Assembly (NCBI GenBank): GCA_963733195.1
Contig: CAVTCR010000080.1
Coordinates: forward strand, 1 to 14,258
Source of the DNA: an uncultured delta proteobacterium
Lineage (GTDB): Bacteria > Desulfobacterota > Binatia > Bin18
DNA length: 14,258 bases
Direction: 5' to 3'
The notes beneath the pieces were generated by a model that was given only the letters and a program-made list of their open reading frames with translations, was not told the origin of the DNA and searched no databases. Position numbers and translations under genes: made by a program. Positions 1 through 7,035 of this stretch are shown here, piece by piece (within the stretch, counting starts at the first letter, position 1; each line of letters begins with the position of its first letter).

Positions 1-95
1 GTGCGCGGTGTAAGCTCACACGTAACATCTCAGGCTTGTCATTGCTGAGTTATCCATAGCGCGGGCGCTAAGCATGGAGGCAGAAACTGGATGCT

Positions 96-180
96 CCTGG
101 ATTCCGGGTCGCGGCCTGCGGCCTTGCCCGGAATGACGGGCTAGTTGTTTTCGTCATTCCAGCGAAAGCTGGAATCCAGG
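96..180. repeat. Inverted pair of GTCATTCC...GGAATCCAG REP-like palindromes (REPIN-like doublet)
   Basis: The reverse complement of 96-138 reads CGTCATTCCgggcaaggccgcaggccgcgacccGGAATCCAGG, and 152-180 reads CGTCATTCCagcgaaagctGGAATCCAGG. Each unit is itself a hairpin and the two units are inverted relative to each other. Confidence 0.85.
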
Positions 181-205
181 GGAGGCAGTGGGCGGAGCAT
201 TTTGT

Positions 206-326
206 TTCTGAGCAGCGGAGCGAAGAATCTCTCTAAGAGACCCTTCGCGGAGTTTCTCCTGAGCGTCCTTCGACTTCTGAAGCTCCGCTACGCTCAGGAT
301 GAGCGGAAGCAAAGGGTTCAGGGTGA
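206..326. repeat. Composite/nested CTGAGC...CGAAG / CTTCG...GCTCAGG REP-like repeat cluster
   Basis: Shares the blocks TTCTGAGC..GCGAAGAATC, CTTCGC(g/a)GAGTTT(c/a)TCCTGAGC and TCAGGGT with 5451-5530. Contains an internal CCTTCGAC...CGCTACGCTCAGGA unit also seen at 14127-14164. Confidence 0.8.
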
Positions 327-391
327 TATGATCAAGGGGCCGTTCTCAGGCATCCTGCAAGGAGAAGCCTCTAAATCTCCTTAACCAATCT

Positions 392-928
392 TCATCTACT
401 CCCACTTGCCGCGGCACCACCAGTCTCCGCCTGTTTTCTCATCTTCGAGTCCGATTCGTAGTACCCTTGTGCCAAATACCGGTGTACGCTTCGCCTTCTT
501 CGGCATCCGCCAGGTTGTGACTTTTGCTTTAGTGAGTTCCACTCCTATAAGTGCACGAGGCTGGTCGATGGTTTCGGTGATGTAATAATGTACCGATTGA
601 TCATCGATGTAACGGCGCGAGATGCAACGGTAGGTATCACGCAGTGTCATCCTGACCCGGGACGTGGAGAATCTCTGCTTTCCCTTCACTAACACTTTAC
701 GATAGCGTCCGGCTTCTTCATCAATGGTAATCGCCACACGCGAGTCGCGCTGAATGTTCGCGTAAAAGGTGGAATACTTACGCGGGGCGATGAAGGTCTT
801 GCCGGCCTCACAGATAAACCACACCGGCACGACACTCGGGCGCCGTCGGCGTTGATCGTCTCAATACGGGCGAGGTGTCCGCGTTTCCGTAAAAATTCGT
901 TCATTTCAGCTTTGGTCAATTTCGGCAT
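392..928 (-). CDS. Pyridoxamine 5'-phosphate oxidase-like (PPOX/split beta-barrel, possibly F420-dependent) protein; split by several frameshifts
   Basis: Joined frames give MPKLTKAEMNEFLRKRGHLARIETINADGA / VVPVWF...FIAPRKYSTFYANIQRDSRVAITIDEE..YRKVLVKG / KAEILHVPG / ..YRCISRRY...PRALIGVEL..KVTTWRMP. PVWF and NIxRDxRVAI are typical PPOX motifs. SD GAGGAG lies upstream of the ATG at 928. The 3' end is approximate. Confidence 0.75.
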
Positions 929-1062
929 GTTCTTCTCCTCATTAGAGGCTGGATGCCTGTTTTACCTGGGACACATCAACATTACCATCGCCTGTGCTGT
1001 TCTCGTTATATCCCGTGTGCCATAGTGCGAAGCACTCAAGCTCACAGAAGGAGGAATGCACC

Positions 1063-2163
1063 ATGAAAGCCGCGGTGTTTTACGAAGACAACGCTCTCTG
1101 AAAATCGAAGAGATTGATATTGACAAACCCAAACGCGGAGATGTTCTGGTCAAAATTGCCGCCAGCGGCGTGTGTCATAGTGACCTGTCGGTGATGAACG
1201 GCACCCTGCCCTTTCCTCCTCCACCTGCAGTGCTTGGACACGAAGGCGCTGGTATCGTCGAAGAAGTGGGCGCTGATGTCACCAATGTACAACGCGGGCG
1301 ATCACGTGATTCTCTCCTGGCGTCCTTCGTGCGGGAAAGTGTGGCTACTGTGTCACTGGTCGTCCACAACTCTGCCAAACCGGAAGTATGGCACTCCTGC
1401 AAGGCCACCTGCCCGATGGCACTAGTCGCCTGCATAAGGGCGATACGGAAATCCGCGTCTTTACTGGCGTGGGGTCGTTCGGTGAATATGCCGTTGTTCT
1501 TGAGGCTGGCGTCGTACCGATTCGTTCGGATGTTCCACTTGATGCCGCAGCGCTGGTTTCGGCTGTGGTGTCATGACTGGCGTGGGCGCGGTCATCAACA
1601 CTGCTAAGGTTGAACCAGGTTCAAGTGTGGTGGTGATCGGCTGTGGTGGCGTTGGGCTCAATGTTGTTCAAGGCGCAGTACTCGCGGGAGCAGATAAGAT
1701 CATCGCGGTAGATCTCAACCTAAGAAACTGGCACTCGCCAAGCAATTTGGCGCCACACATACAGTGAATCCTACGGATGGCGATCCGATCACTCAAGTTC
1801 TCGGCCTCACCAATGGATTAGGCGCGGAGTACGCTTTTGAGGTTGTTGGCCGAGCAGACACCGTTGTGCAAGCCTATCATTCGATCTGCCCAGGTGGGAC
1901 TGCTATTGTCGTTGGCGTCGCTAAGCCTGACGACATGGTCATGATACCCGCCCTTTCCCTGCTGCAAGAAAAAACCCTCAAAGGCTCGATCTACGGCTCC
2001 GCCCGTCCGAGTGTCGATATGCTCTTGGTTGCTCGAACTCTACATGAACAAGCGTCTCAAACTCGACGAGTTGGTCTCCCGACGAATCAAGCTGGAACAG
2101 GTGAATGACGCCTTCGAGTGGATGGAAAAAGGCGAAGTGGCGAGAAGCGTGATCATCTACTAG
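1063..2163 (+). CDS. Zn-dependent alcohol dehydrogenase (MDR superfamily, class III-like); about 6 frameshifts
   Basis: ATG at 1063 (MKAAVFYE) follows SD AAGGAGG. Motifs across frames: GVCHSD, GHEGAG, structural-Zn [25 protein letters not shown] (NAD binding), [34 protein letters not shown] then TAG at 2161-2163. Frame changes near 1095, 1292, 1338, 1560, 1722 and 2026. Confidence 0.9.
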
Positions 2164-2320
2164 GGACCAGGTATTAGGGCCAGAGTCGTAGCCGGCGCGC
2201 CTGCCCCATCCCTCTGACTTCAAGTCAGACACCCCCCGCAAAGCGGGTGGCTTGATGAGTGGGGCCGCCTCAAAGGCGGTCACCCAAGTTTGTTGATCCA
2301 TGACCCATCAGCAGGGAAGC

Positions 2321-2746
2321 TTAGAACTTGCCCCCCTCGTCCGGGTCCTCGTCCTCTTGCTTGCGGATGTACGTGCGGATTTGCTCCAGCTCAAACCCGA
2401 CGGTAGAGACCGCGTAGCCGCGCGCCCAGAAGTGCTCGCCCGTGAAGTTGCGCTCCTTGCCCCCAAACTGTCGGGCAATGGCAATCGCACTCTTCCCCTT
2501 CAAGAAGCCGATCACTTGCGCCACCGCCACCTTGGGGGGAATCGCGATGCACATATGGACATGGTCCGGCATCAGATGGCCTTCGATAATCTGACACTCT
2601 TTCTGCCGCGCCAGCGCGTGGAAGATCGCGCCCAACTGGCGACGAATCTGCCCATACAACTGGCGACGACGACGTTTAGGAACAAACACAACGTGATACT
2701 TGCAGTCCCACCGGGAATGGGCCAAGCTTCGATAATCGTTTTCCAT
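2321..2746 (-). CDS. tnpA: IS200/IS605 Y1 (HUH) transposase TnpA
   Basis: MENDYRSLAHSRWDCKYHVVFVPKRRR...PDHVHM (HUH motif)...GFLKGKSA...FWARGYAVSTVG...IRTYIRKQ (catalytic Tyr). SD AGGAGG precedes the ATG at 2746. Confidence 0.96.
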   Translation of the reverse strand: MENDYRSLAHSRWDCKYHVVFVPKRRRRQLYGQIRRQLGAIFHALARQKECQIIEGHLMPDHVHMCIAIPPKVAVAQVIGFLKGKSAIAIARQFGGKERNFTGEHFWARGYAVSTVGFELEQIRTYIRKQEDEDPDEGGKF

Positions 2747-2750
2747 TGCG

Positions 2751-2788
2751 TCCTCCTGTGGTTGCCTCATCAAGCCTCCGCAGGAGGA
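2751..2788 (-). promoter_or_regulatory. Stem-loop sequestering the tnpA Shine-Dalgarno sequence
   Basis: On the minus strand TCCTCCTGCGG pairs with CCACAGGAGGA (10 of 11 bp). The 3' arm contains the SD and ends 4 nt before the ATG. Confidence 0.7.
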
Positions 2789-2866
2789 CTACTCCCGTAT
2801 CGGTCAAACCTTTTCAAGTCGCACTGGTCGAACCAGTGGCTTACCCTTCTGCTCAGTTATGCCGCA

Positions 2867-4597
2867 AAAACAGTTTCTGTTGAAAACACCGCCCAAGCAT
2901 ATCTCGAACTGTTACGTGCAATGGGCGTGAAGTATTTCTTTGGGAATGCCGGGACAGATTTTGCCTCGCTGATCGATGGCTTTGCCAAGTTTGCCGCTGA
3001 AGGCAAAACCACACCCTACCCTATACAAGTGCCACACGAGTTCTGCGCTATCAGTATGGCGCATGGCTATCATTTAGTGACAGGCGAGCCGCCGCTTGCC
3101 ATGGTCCATACCACAGTCGGTACGGCTAATGCCCTCTGCGGATTGATCAATGCCGCACGCGCGAACATTCCACTCGTTTTCTCTGCTGGTCGCACACCGA
3201 TAACCGAAGCAGGAAATCATGGCAGTCGCGACTTACTGATCCATTGGGCACAGGAATCGTTCGATCAAGCGGCGATGGTACGTGAGTACGTCAAATGGGA
3301 TTACGAACTCCGCTCGTTCGATCAACTGGAGACAGTCATCCGCCGGGCGTTTTCGATCGCAATGAGCGAACCACGAGGGCCAGTCTATCTCACATTCCCG
3401 CGTGAAGTACTCGCCAAACCTCACTCTGAGTTTACCTATGAGGATGGCCCGGCATTTATGCCGACCACTACCCCTTTTCCAGATCCTGATCGCCTCGCTG
3501 AAGCAGCCGCGCTACTTGCAGAGGCAAAGTATCCGCTGATTATTACGCGGACCTATGGTCGTAACGTGGCAGCAGTTCCAGTCTTAGTAACGCTGGCCGA
3601 ATCATTCGCCTTACCTGTGGTCGAGTATCCGTTTGCTGCGCACGTGAACTTTCCTGCTGGACATCCACTCCATTTAGGGTTTGAACCCGGTACCCTACTT
3701 CCGAAAGCCGATGTCATTGTTGTCATTGATTGTGATGTTCCCTGGGCACCAGCAGTTCACAAAGTGAACCCCGACGCCCGTGTCATCCATATCGGTGTCG
3801 ATCCACTTCACAGCCGTTATCCAGTGTGGGGATTCCCAACCACTCTCGCCATTACCGGAGATTCCGCGGTGGCGGTGTCTCAGCTGACGACGGCTCTGCA
3901 GAAACTTCGCCCCGGACACGAAGGAAAAATCGCCCAACGGTTCGAGCGATTGAAGAAAGAGCACGATATGCAGCGTACGGCCTGGAAACACGAGGCAGAA
4001 GAGAAAGGCCGCGCGCAGATATTAACCTTTGAATGGGTCTCGCACTGTCTCAATCAGCTCAAAGACGACAGTATGATCTTCGTCAACGAATATGATTTGA
4101 GTCTACGTCACATTGAGTTCAACACACCGGGATCGTATCTTGGCTTCTCCCCTGCAGGCGGGCTTGGTTGGGGCGTTGGTGGTGCACTGGGAGTGAAACT
4201 CGGCGCGCCAGACAAAACAGTGATTTCCGTTGTCGGCGATGGCACCTATATTTTTAGCGTTCCTAGCGCGTGTCACATGGTGTCAGCTATGCACAATCTC
4301 CCGATCTTAATCATCATCTGTAACAACGGCGGCTGGAATGCTACGCAGATGGCAACCCGCGGCGTGCATCCACAAGGGTGGGCGGTACGTACAGAAAATT
4401 TTCCCTTCGGGCGTTTTGGCGTCCAACCCGCCTATGAAATGTTTGCACAGGCTTGTGGTGGACATGGTGAAGTTGTCCACACACCACACGAACTCCCTAC
4501 CGCACTGAAGCGCGCACTCAAAGTCGTGCGCGAAGAAAAGCGCCAAGCGTTAATTAACGTCGATTGCGGAAATGTACGCGGGTTTGGGGTGTCGTGA
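2867..4597 (+). CDS. Thiamine diphosphate-dependent enzyme (acetolactate synthase/benzoylformate decarboxylase-like superfamily); start codon not evident
   Basis: KTVSVENTAQAYLELLRAMGVKYFFGNAGTDF; PHE (conserved Glu) ..AISMAHGY; GPVYLTFPREVL; ThDP-binding motif VVGDGTY...ICNNGGW; stop at 4595-4597. The first ~188 aa of the 765-aa track ORF are antisense IS200 sequence. Confidence 0.92.
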   Translation, partial: KTVSVENTAQAYLELLRAMGVKYFFGNAGTDFASLIDGFAKFAAEGKTTPYPIQVPHEFCAISMAHGYHLVTGEPPLAMVHTTVGTANALCGLINAARANIPLVFSAGRTPITEAGNHGSRDLLIHWAQESFDQAAMVREYVKWDYELRSFDQLETVIRRAFSIAMSEPRGPVYLTFPREVLAKPHSEFTYEDGPAFMPTTTPFPDPDRLAEAAALLAEAKYPLIITRTYGRNVAAVPVLVTLAESFALPVVEYPFAAHVNFPAGHPLHLGFEPGTLLPKADVIVVIDCDVPWAPAVHKVNPDARVIHIGVDPLHSRYPVWGFPTTLAITGDSAVAVSQLTTALQKLRPGHEGKIAQRFERLKKEHDMQRTAWKHEAEEKGRAQILTFEWVSHCLNQLKDDSMIFVNEYDLSLRHIEFNTPGSYLGFSPAGGLGWGVGGALGVKLGAPDKTVISVVGDGTYIFSVPSACHMVSAMHNLPILIIICNNGGWNATQMATRGVHPQGWAVRTENFPFGRFGVQPAYEMFAQACGGHGEVVHTPHELPTALKRALKVVREEKRQALINVDCGNVRGFGVS

Positions 4598-4613
4598 CCG
4601 CAACCAGTAATGT

Positions 4614-4637
4614 CTCTTTTTTTCGACAGAAAAGAGG
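4614..4637. terminator. Possible hairpin/terminator downstream of the ThDP gene
   Basis: CTCTTTT...AAAAGAG inverted repeat just after the stop codon. The stem is AT-rich and weak. Confidence 0.25.
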
Positions 4638-4903
4638 CCTGCGAAAAAACTGATATCTATCTAAAGGTAGAAATGCGACGCCACGAAAGATACTTATCAA
4701 ATTAGTAAATTTTCGTACATCGCCGTTTTCATTTGTCTTTCTTGAAACTCCGGTAAAATCTCACTTCTGGTGACTAATCTGCCGTACGATTTTGGCACAT
4801 CCCTTGCTCACAAACAGACGCTTTTTTTCCTTGACATGTTGCGCTACTCACGCTAGGAGATCACAACTTTCACAGCAACAGCCGGTTGCACGGGAGGAAA
4901 AAC

Positions 4904-5392
4904 ATGATCACGAAATGTGTGAAAGCGTGTCTTGTGAGCGGTGCACTCGTGAGCACGATAGTCCCGGGAAGTCTCGCTGTTAGACCTGAGGACGCAAAGA
5001 GCACCCAAGAAAAGCAGCACGAAGAGGACAAGGCGCTCTTGGCAAAATCCTCCGTGGCAAAAAGCTACCCCGCCACCCCGGAACCCACGGCTGTGAGCAG
5101 ACCGACCTCGCACCGCCACCTTGGTTATTTCAAAATGACCGCGTATACGCGATATGCTAAATCCTCCGGTCGTACCGCAAGTGGAACACGGCCGCACCAT
5201 CAGCGCACTGTCGCAGTTGACCCACGAGTAATTCCGCTCGGGACAAAACTTGAGATTGAAGGAATTGGCGTTCGTATTGCTGAAGACACAGGGCGGCTGA
5301 TCAAAGGGAAAAAACTCGACTTGTTCTTACCTTCGGTTCAGGCGTGTACAAGTTTCGGCGTACGTTCGCGGAAGGTGTACATCATCAATTGA
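4904..5392 (+). CDS. Secreted 3D (Asp-Asp-Asp) domain protein, MltA-like cell-wall lytic transglycosylase-type
   Basis: SD GGAGG, then ATG at 4904. Signal-peptide-like N-terminus (MITKCVKACLVSGALVSTIVPGSLA). Motifs MTAY, TASG, VAVDPRVIPLGT, AEDTG, IKGKKLDLF contain the three conserved Asp residues. Confidence 0.92.
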   Translation: MITKCVKACLVSGALVSTIVPGSLAVRPEDAKSTQEKQHEEDKALLAKSSVAKSYPATPEPTAVSRPTSHRHLGYFKMTAYTRYAKSSGRTASGTRPHHQRTVAVDPRVIPLGTKLEIEGIGVRIAEDTGRLIKGKKLDLFLPSVQACTSFGVRSRKVYIIN

Positions 5393-5450
5393 CGCGCTAA
5401 ATCGGCCCAAACGAGATTCGTACACTTTCTTACGGGACTACTTATTGTTG

Positions 5451-5530
5451 TCATTCTGAGCGAAGCGAAGAATCCTTCGACTTCGCTTCGCAGAGTTTAT
5501 CCTGAGCTTGACGAAGGGGACTCAGGGTAA
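5451..5530. repeat. REP-like repeat cluster between convergent genes
   Basis: TCATTCTGAGCGAAGCGAAGAATCCTTCGACTTCGCTTCGCAGAGTTTATCCTGAGCTTGACGAAGGGGACTCAGGGTAA, homologous to 206-326. Confidence 0.8.
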
Positions 5531-6713
5531 CAGACCTGATGTGCTCACCTCTTGTAGCCTGATTGAGGCAACCTCGCCCTTCATTTTTTTTCTTACTCAC
5601 TTTTTGTACTTTCGCTGACCGAGTCTGTACCGCTTCCCCTCTCGCCGGTGGCGTAAAAACCCCGCGATCCTGCATCAGCTGAATCTGTCGGTCAATCACC
5701 TCAGTCTTGTATTCCGCATGGTGCATCGGCTTCCGTTTGAGCCATAAATTCTTCGGGTAAATTGGCTTTTCATAGATCAGCGAGATCACTTCGGTTCGTA
5801 GATCCTTCATCCAATTCATCAGCGGGGAACGGGCCCGAAACTCGCGCAGAGCTTCAATGTCGATCACACCACCACAATACGACGAACCTGCACCATAATC
5901 ATGTCGGGCGACGATCAGTCCGCGATAATCGACAATCATTGAGTGACCACCAAAGGTGTCAACCGGTAGGGGCGATTCTGGCAAGAGATAGTATGTTCCG
6001 AGATTGGGCGCGACCATGTAGCAGGTGTTATCTAACGCCCGGGCACGGTTCTGAATCTCCCACGCACCGTTGCTCACATGCGGTTCTGGATACGCTGGTC
6101 GGCAAATAACCTCGGCTCCATTCATGGCCAGGCCACGAATGAGCTCTGGATACGACCCTTCATTGGCCATGCAGATGCCGATCTTGCCGATGTCAGTATC
6201 GGCGACAGGAAAGAAGGCATTCAGCGAGCGTCCATGAATTTCGATCCACTTGTCCCATACATCGTGCGGACACACAGAATGTTCTACAGGAAAGAGCGGA
6301 GAGTTTTTTCGATGGCGAAGGATGACCTTTCCCTGTGGGGAGATCATAAATACATTGTTAAAAAATAATCCAGGAAATTCTGGTTCACGCGATTTCGCTG
6401 TCGCTACCACGTAGGCATTGAACTCCTTGGCGAGCTTTCCGAGCATGTCGGTTTCGGGGCCAGGAATATCGATGGCAATCTCCTCGGCATACTTTTCGTG
6501 ATCCCAGTCAAATACCTCATCGGTAAATCCCTGTAAGGCTCCTTCTGGAATCACAATAAGTCGTACTGGAAGGGCCAAGCTAGAGAGCCAACATGCTCCA
6601 GCACACACTTCGTGAAGATGTTCGATGTTGGTTTTAATCTGCTGGCGCTTTAATACTCCGCGTACTGTCGGCGAAATGCCCACGGCGGTGTATGCTTCGA
6701 TTGCCTTTGCCAT
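5451..6713 (-). CDS. Nitrilase/carbon-nitrogen hydrolase superfamily protein (uncharacterised subgroup); true stop probably near 5581
   Basis: LIVIPEGALQGF (Glu), FNNVFMISPQGKVILRHRK (Lys), IGICMANEGSYPELIRGLAMNGAEV, NRARALDNTCY, GHSMIVDYRG. SD GGAGG upstream of 6713. The last ~40 aa read into the REP cluster after an A8 run; one extra A would give KKKK-stop at 5581-5583. Confidence 0.9.
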   Translation of the reverse strand: MAKAIEAYTAVGISPTVRGVLKRQQIKTNIEHLHEVCAGACWLSSLALPVRLIVIPEGALQGFTDEVFDWDHEKYAEEIAIDIPGPETDMLGKLAKEFNAYVVATAKSREPEFPGLFFNNVFMISPQGKVILRHRKNSPLFPVEHSVCPHDVWDKWIEIHGRSLNAFFPVADTDIGKIGICMANEGSYPELIRGLAMNGAEVICRPAYPEPHVSNGAWEIQNRARALDNTCYMVAPNLGTYYLLPESPLPVDTFGGHSMIVDYRGLIVARHDYGAGSSYCGGVIDIEALREFRARSPLMNWMKDLRTEVISLIYEKPIYPKNLWLKRKPMHHAEYKTEVIDRQIQLMQDRGVFTPPARGEAVQTRSAKVQKVSKKKNEGRGCLNQATRGEHIRSVTLSPLRQAQDKLCEAKSKDSSLRSE

Positions 6714-6829
6714 GCCCCCTCCTATCTGGCGAATGAAATCGCGGCGGACGATAGCACGCGCGAGGGGGGGAAGAAAGGCGCAGGCAAAGTCGCTATAAGA
6801 CTCAAGAAAAGTTTTCTATTGTAGGTGTG

Positions 6830-6968
6830 ACCGTTCATCTTTCGACTTCGCCGCTAGTGCGGCCGCGCTCAGGACGAACGGTAGTTCAACATATGCACTG
6901 AAGAGAACTCCGCTATAGCATGGGCTGAGGTTTGCTATGATGTGCTTCGACAAGCTCAGCGCAAACGG
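6830..6968. repeat. Two CTTCGAC...GCTCAG..AACGG REP-like units in the divergent intergenic region
   Basis: 6830-6882 reads ACCGTTC..TTTCGACTTCGCCGCTAGTGCGGCCGCGCTCAGGACGAACGGT, and 6945-6968 reads CTTCGACAAGCTCAGCGCAAACGG. Confidence 0.75.
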
Positions 6969-7035
6969 ACTTCCCTCTACCTCATCGCTGACTGAGTCTC
7001 CTAGAACTTATTGAAGAACGAGAAGAGTTTTCACT

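Larger units (their letters stand above)
2223..2868 (-). mobile_element. IS200/IS605-family insertion sequence, IS200 type (tnpA only, no tnpB)
   Basis: tnpA is flanked by subterminal hairpins: CACTGGT-cga-ACCAGTG (2822-2838) at the left end, and CCCGC-aaa-GCGGG (2235-2247) and CCGCCT-caa-AGGCGG (2265-2279) at the right end. Ends are approximate. Confidence 0.88.

Noticed and set aside
145-384. 79-aa ORF
   Set aside because: Translates REP-like repeat DNA.
2164-2320. tnpB or omega-RNA associated with the IS200 element
   Set aside because: Only ~100 nt separate the tnpA stop from the right end, so there is no room for tnpB.
2300-2866. N-terminal ~188 aa of the 765-aa ORF as a novel domain fused to the ThDP enzyme
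   Set aside because: It is the antisense strand of IS200 tnpA and its left end. ThDP homology starts only at ~2867.
4598-4903. c-di-AMP or other riboswitch upstream of the 3D-domain gene; sigma70 promoter at TTGACA 4831
   Set aside because: No recognisable riboswitch consensus. The hexamer 17 nt after TTGACA is TAGGAG, a poor -10 match.
5451-5580. C-terminal extension of the nitrilase-like protein
   Set aside because: Follows an A8 homopolymer and reads into a REP cluster. It is probably read-through from a one-base error that hides a stop at 5581-5583.
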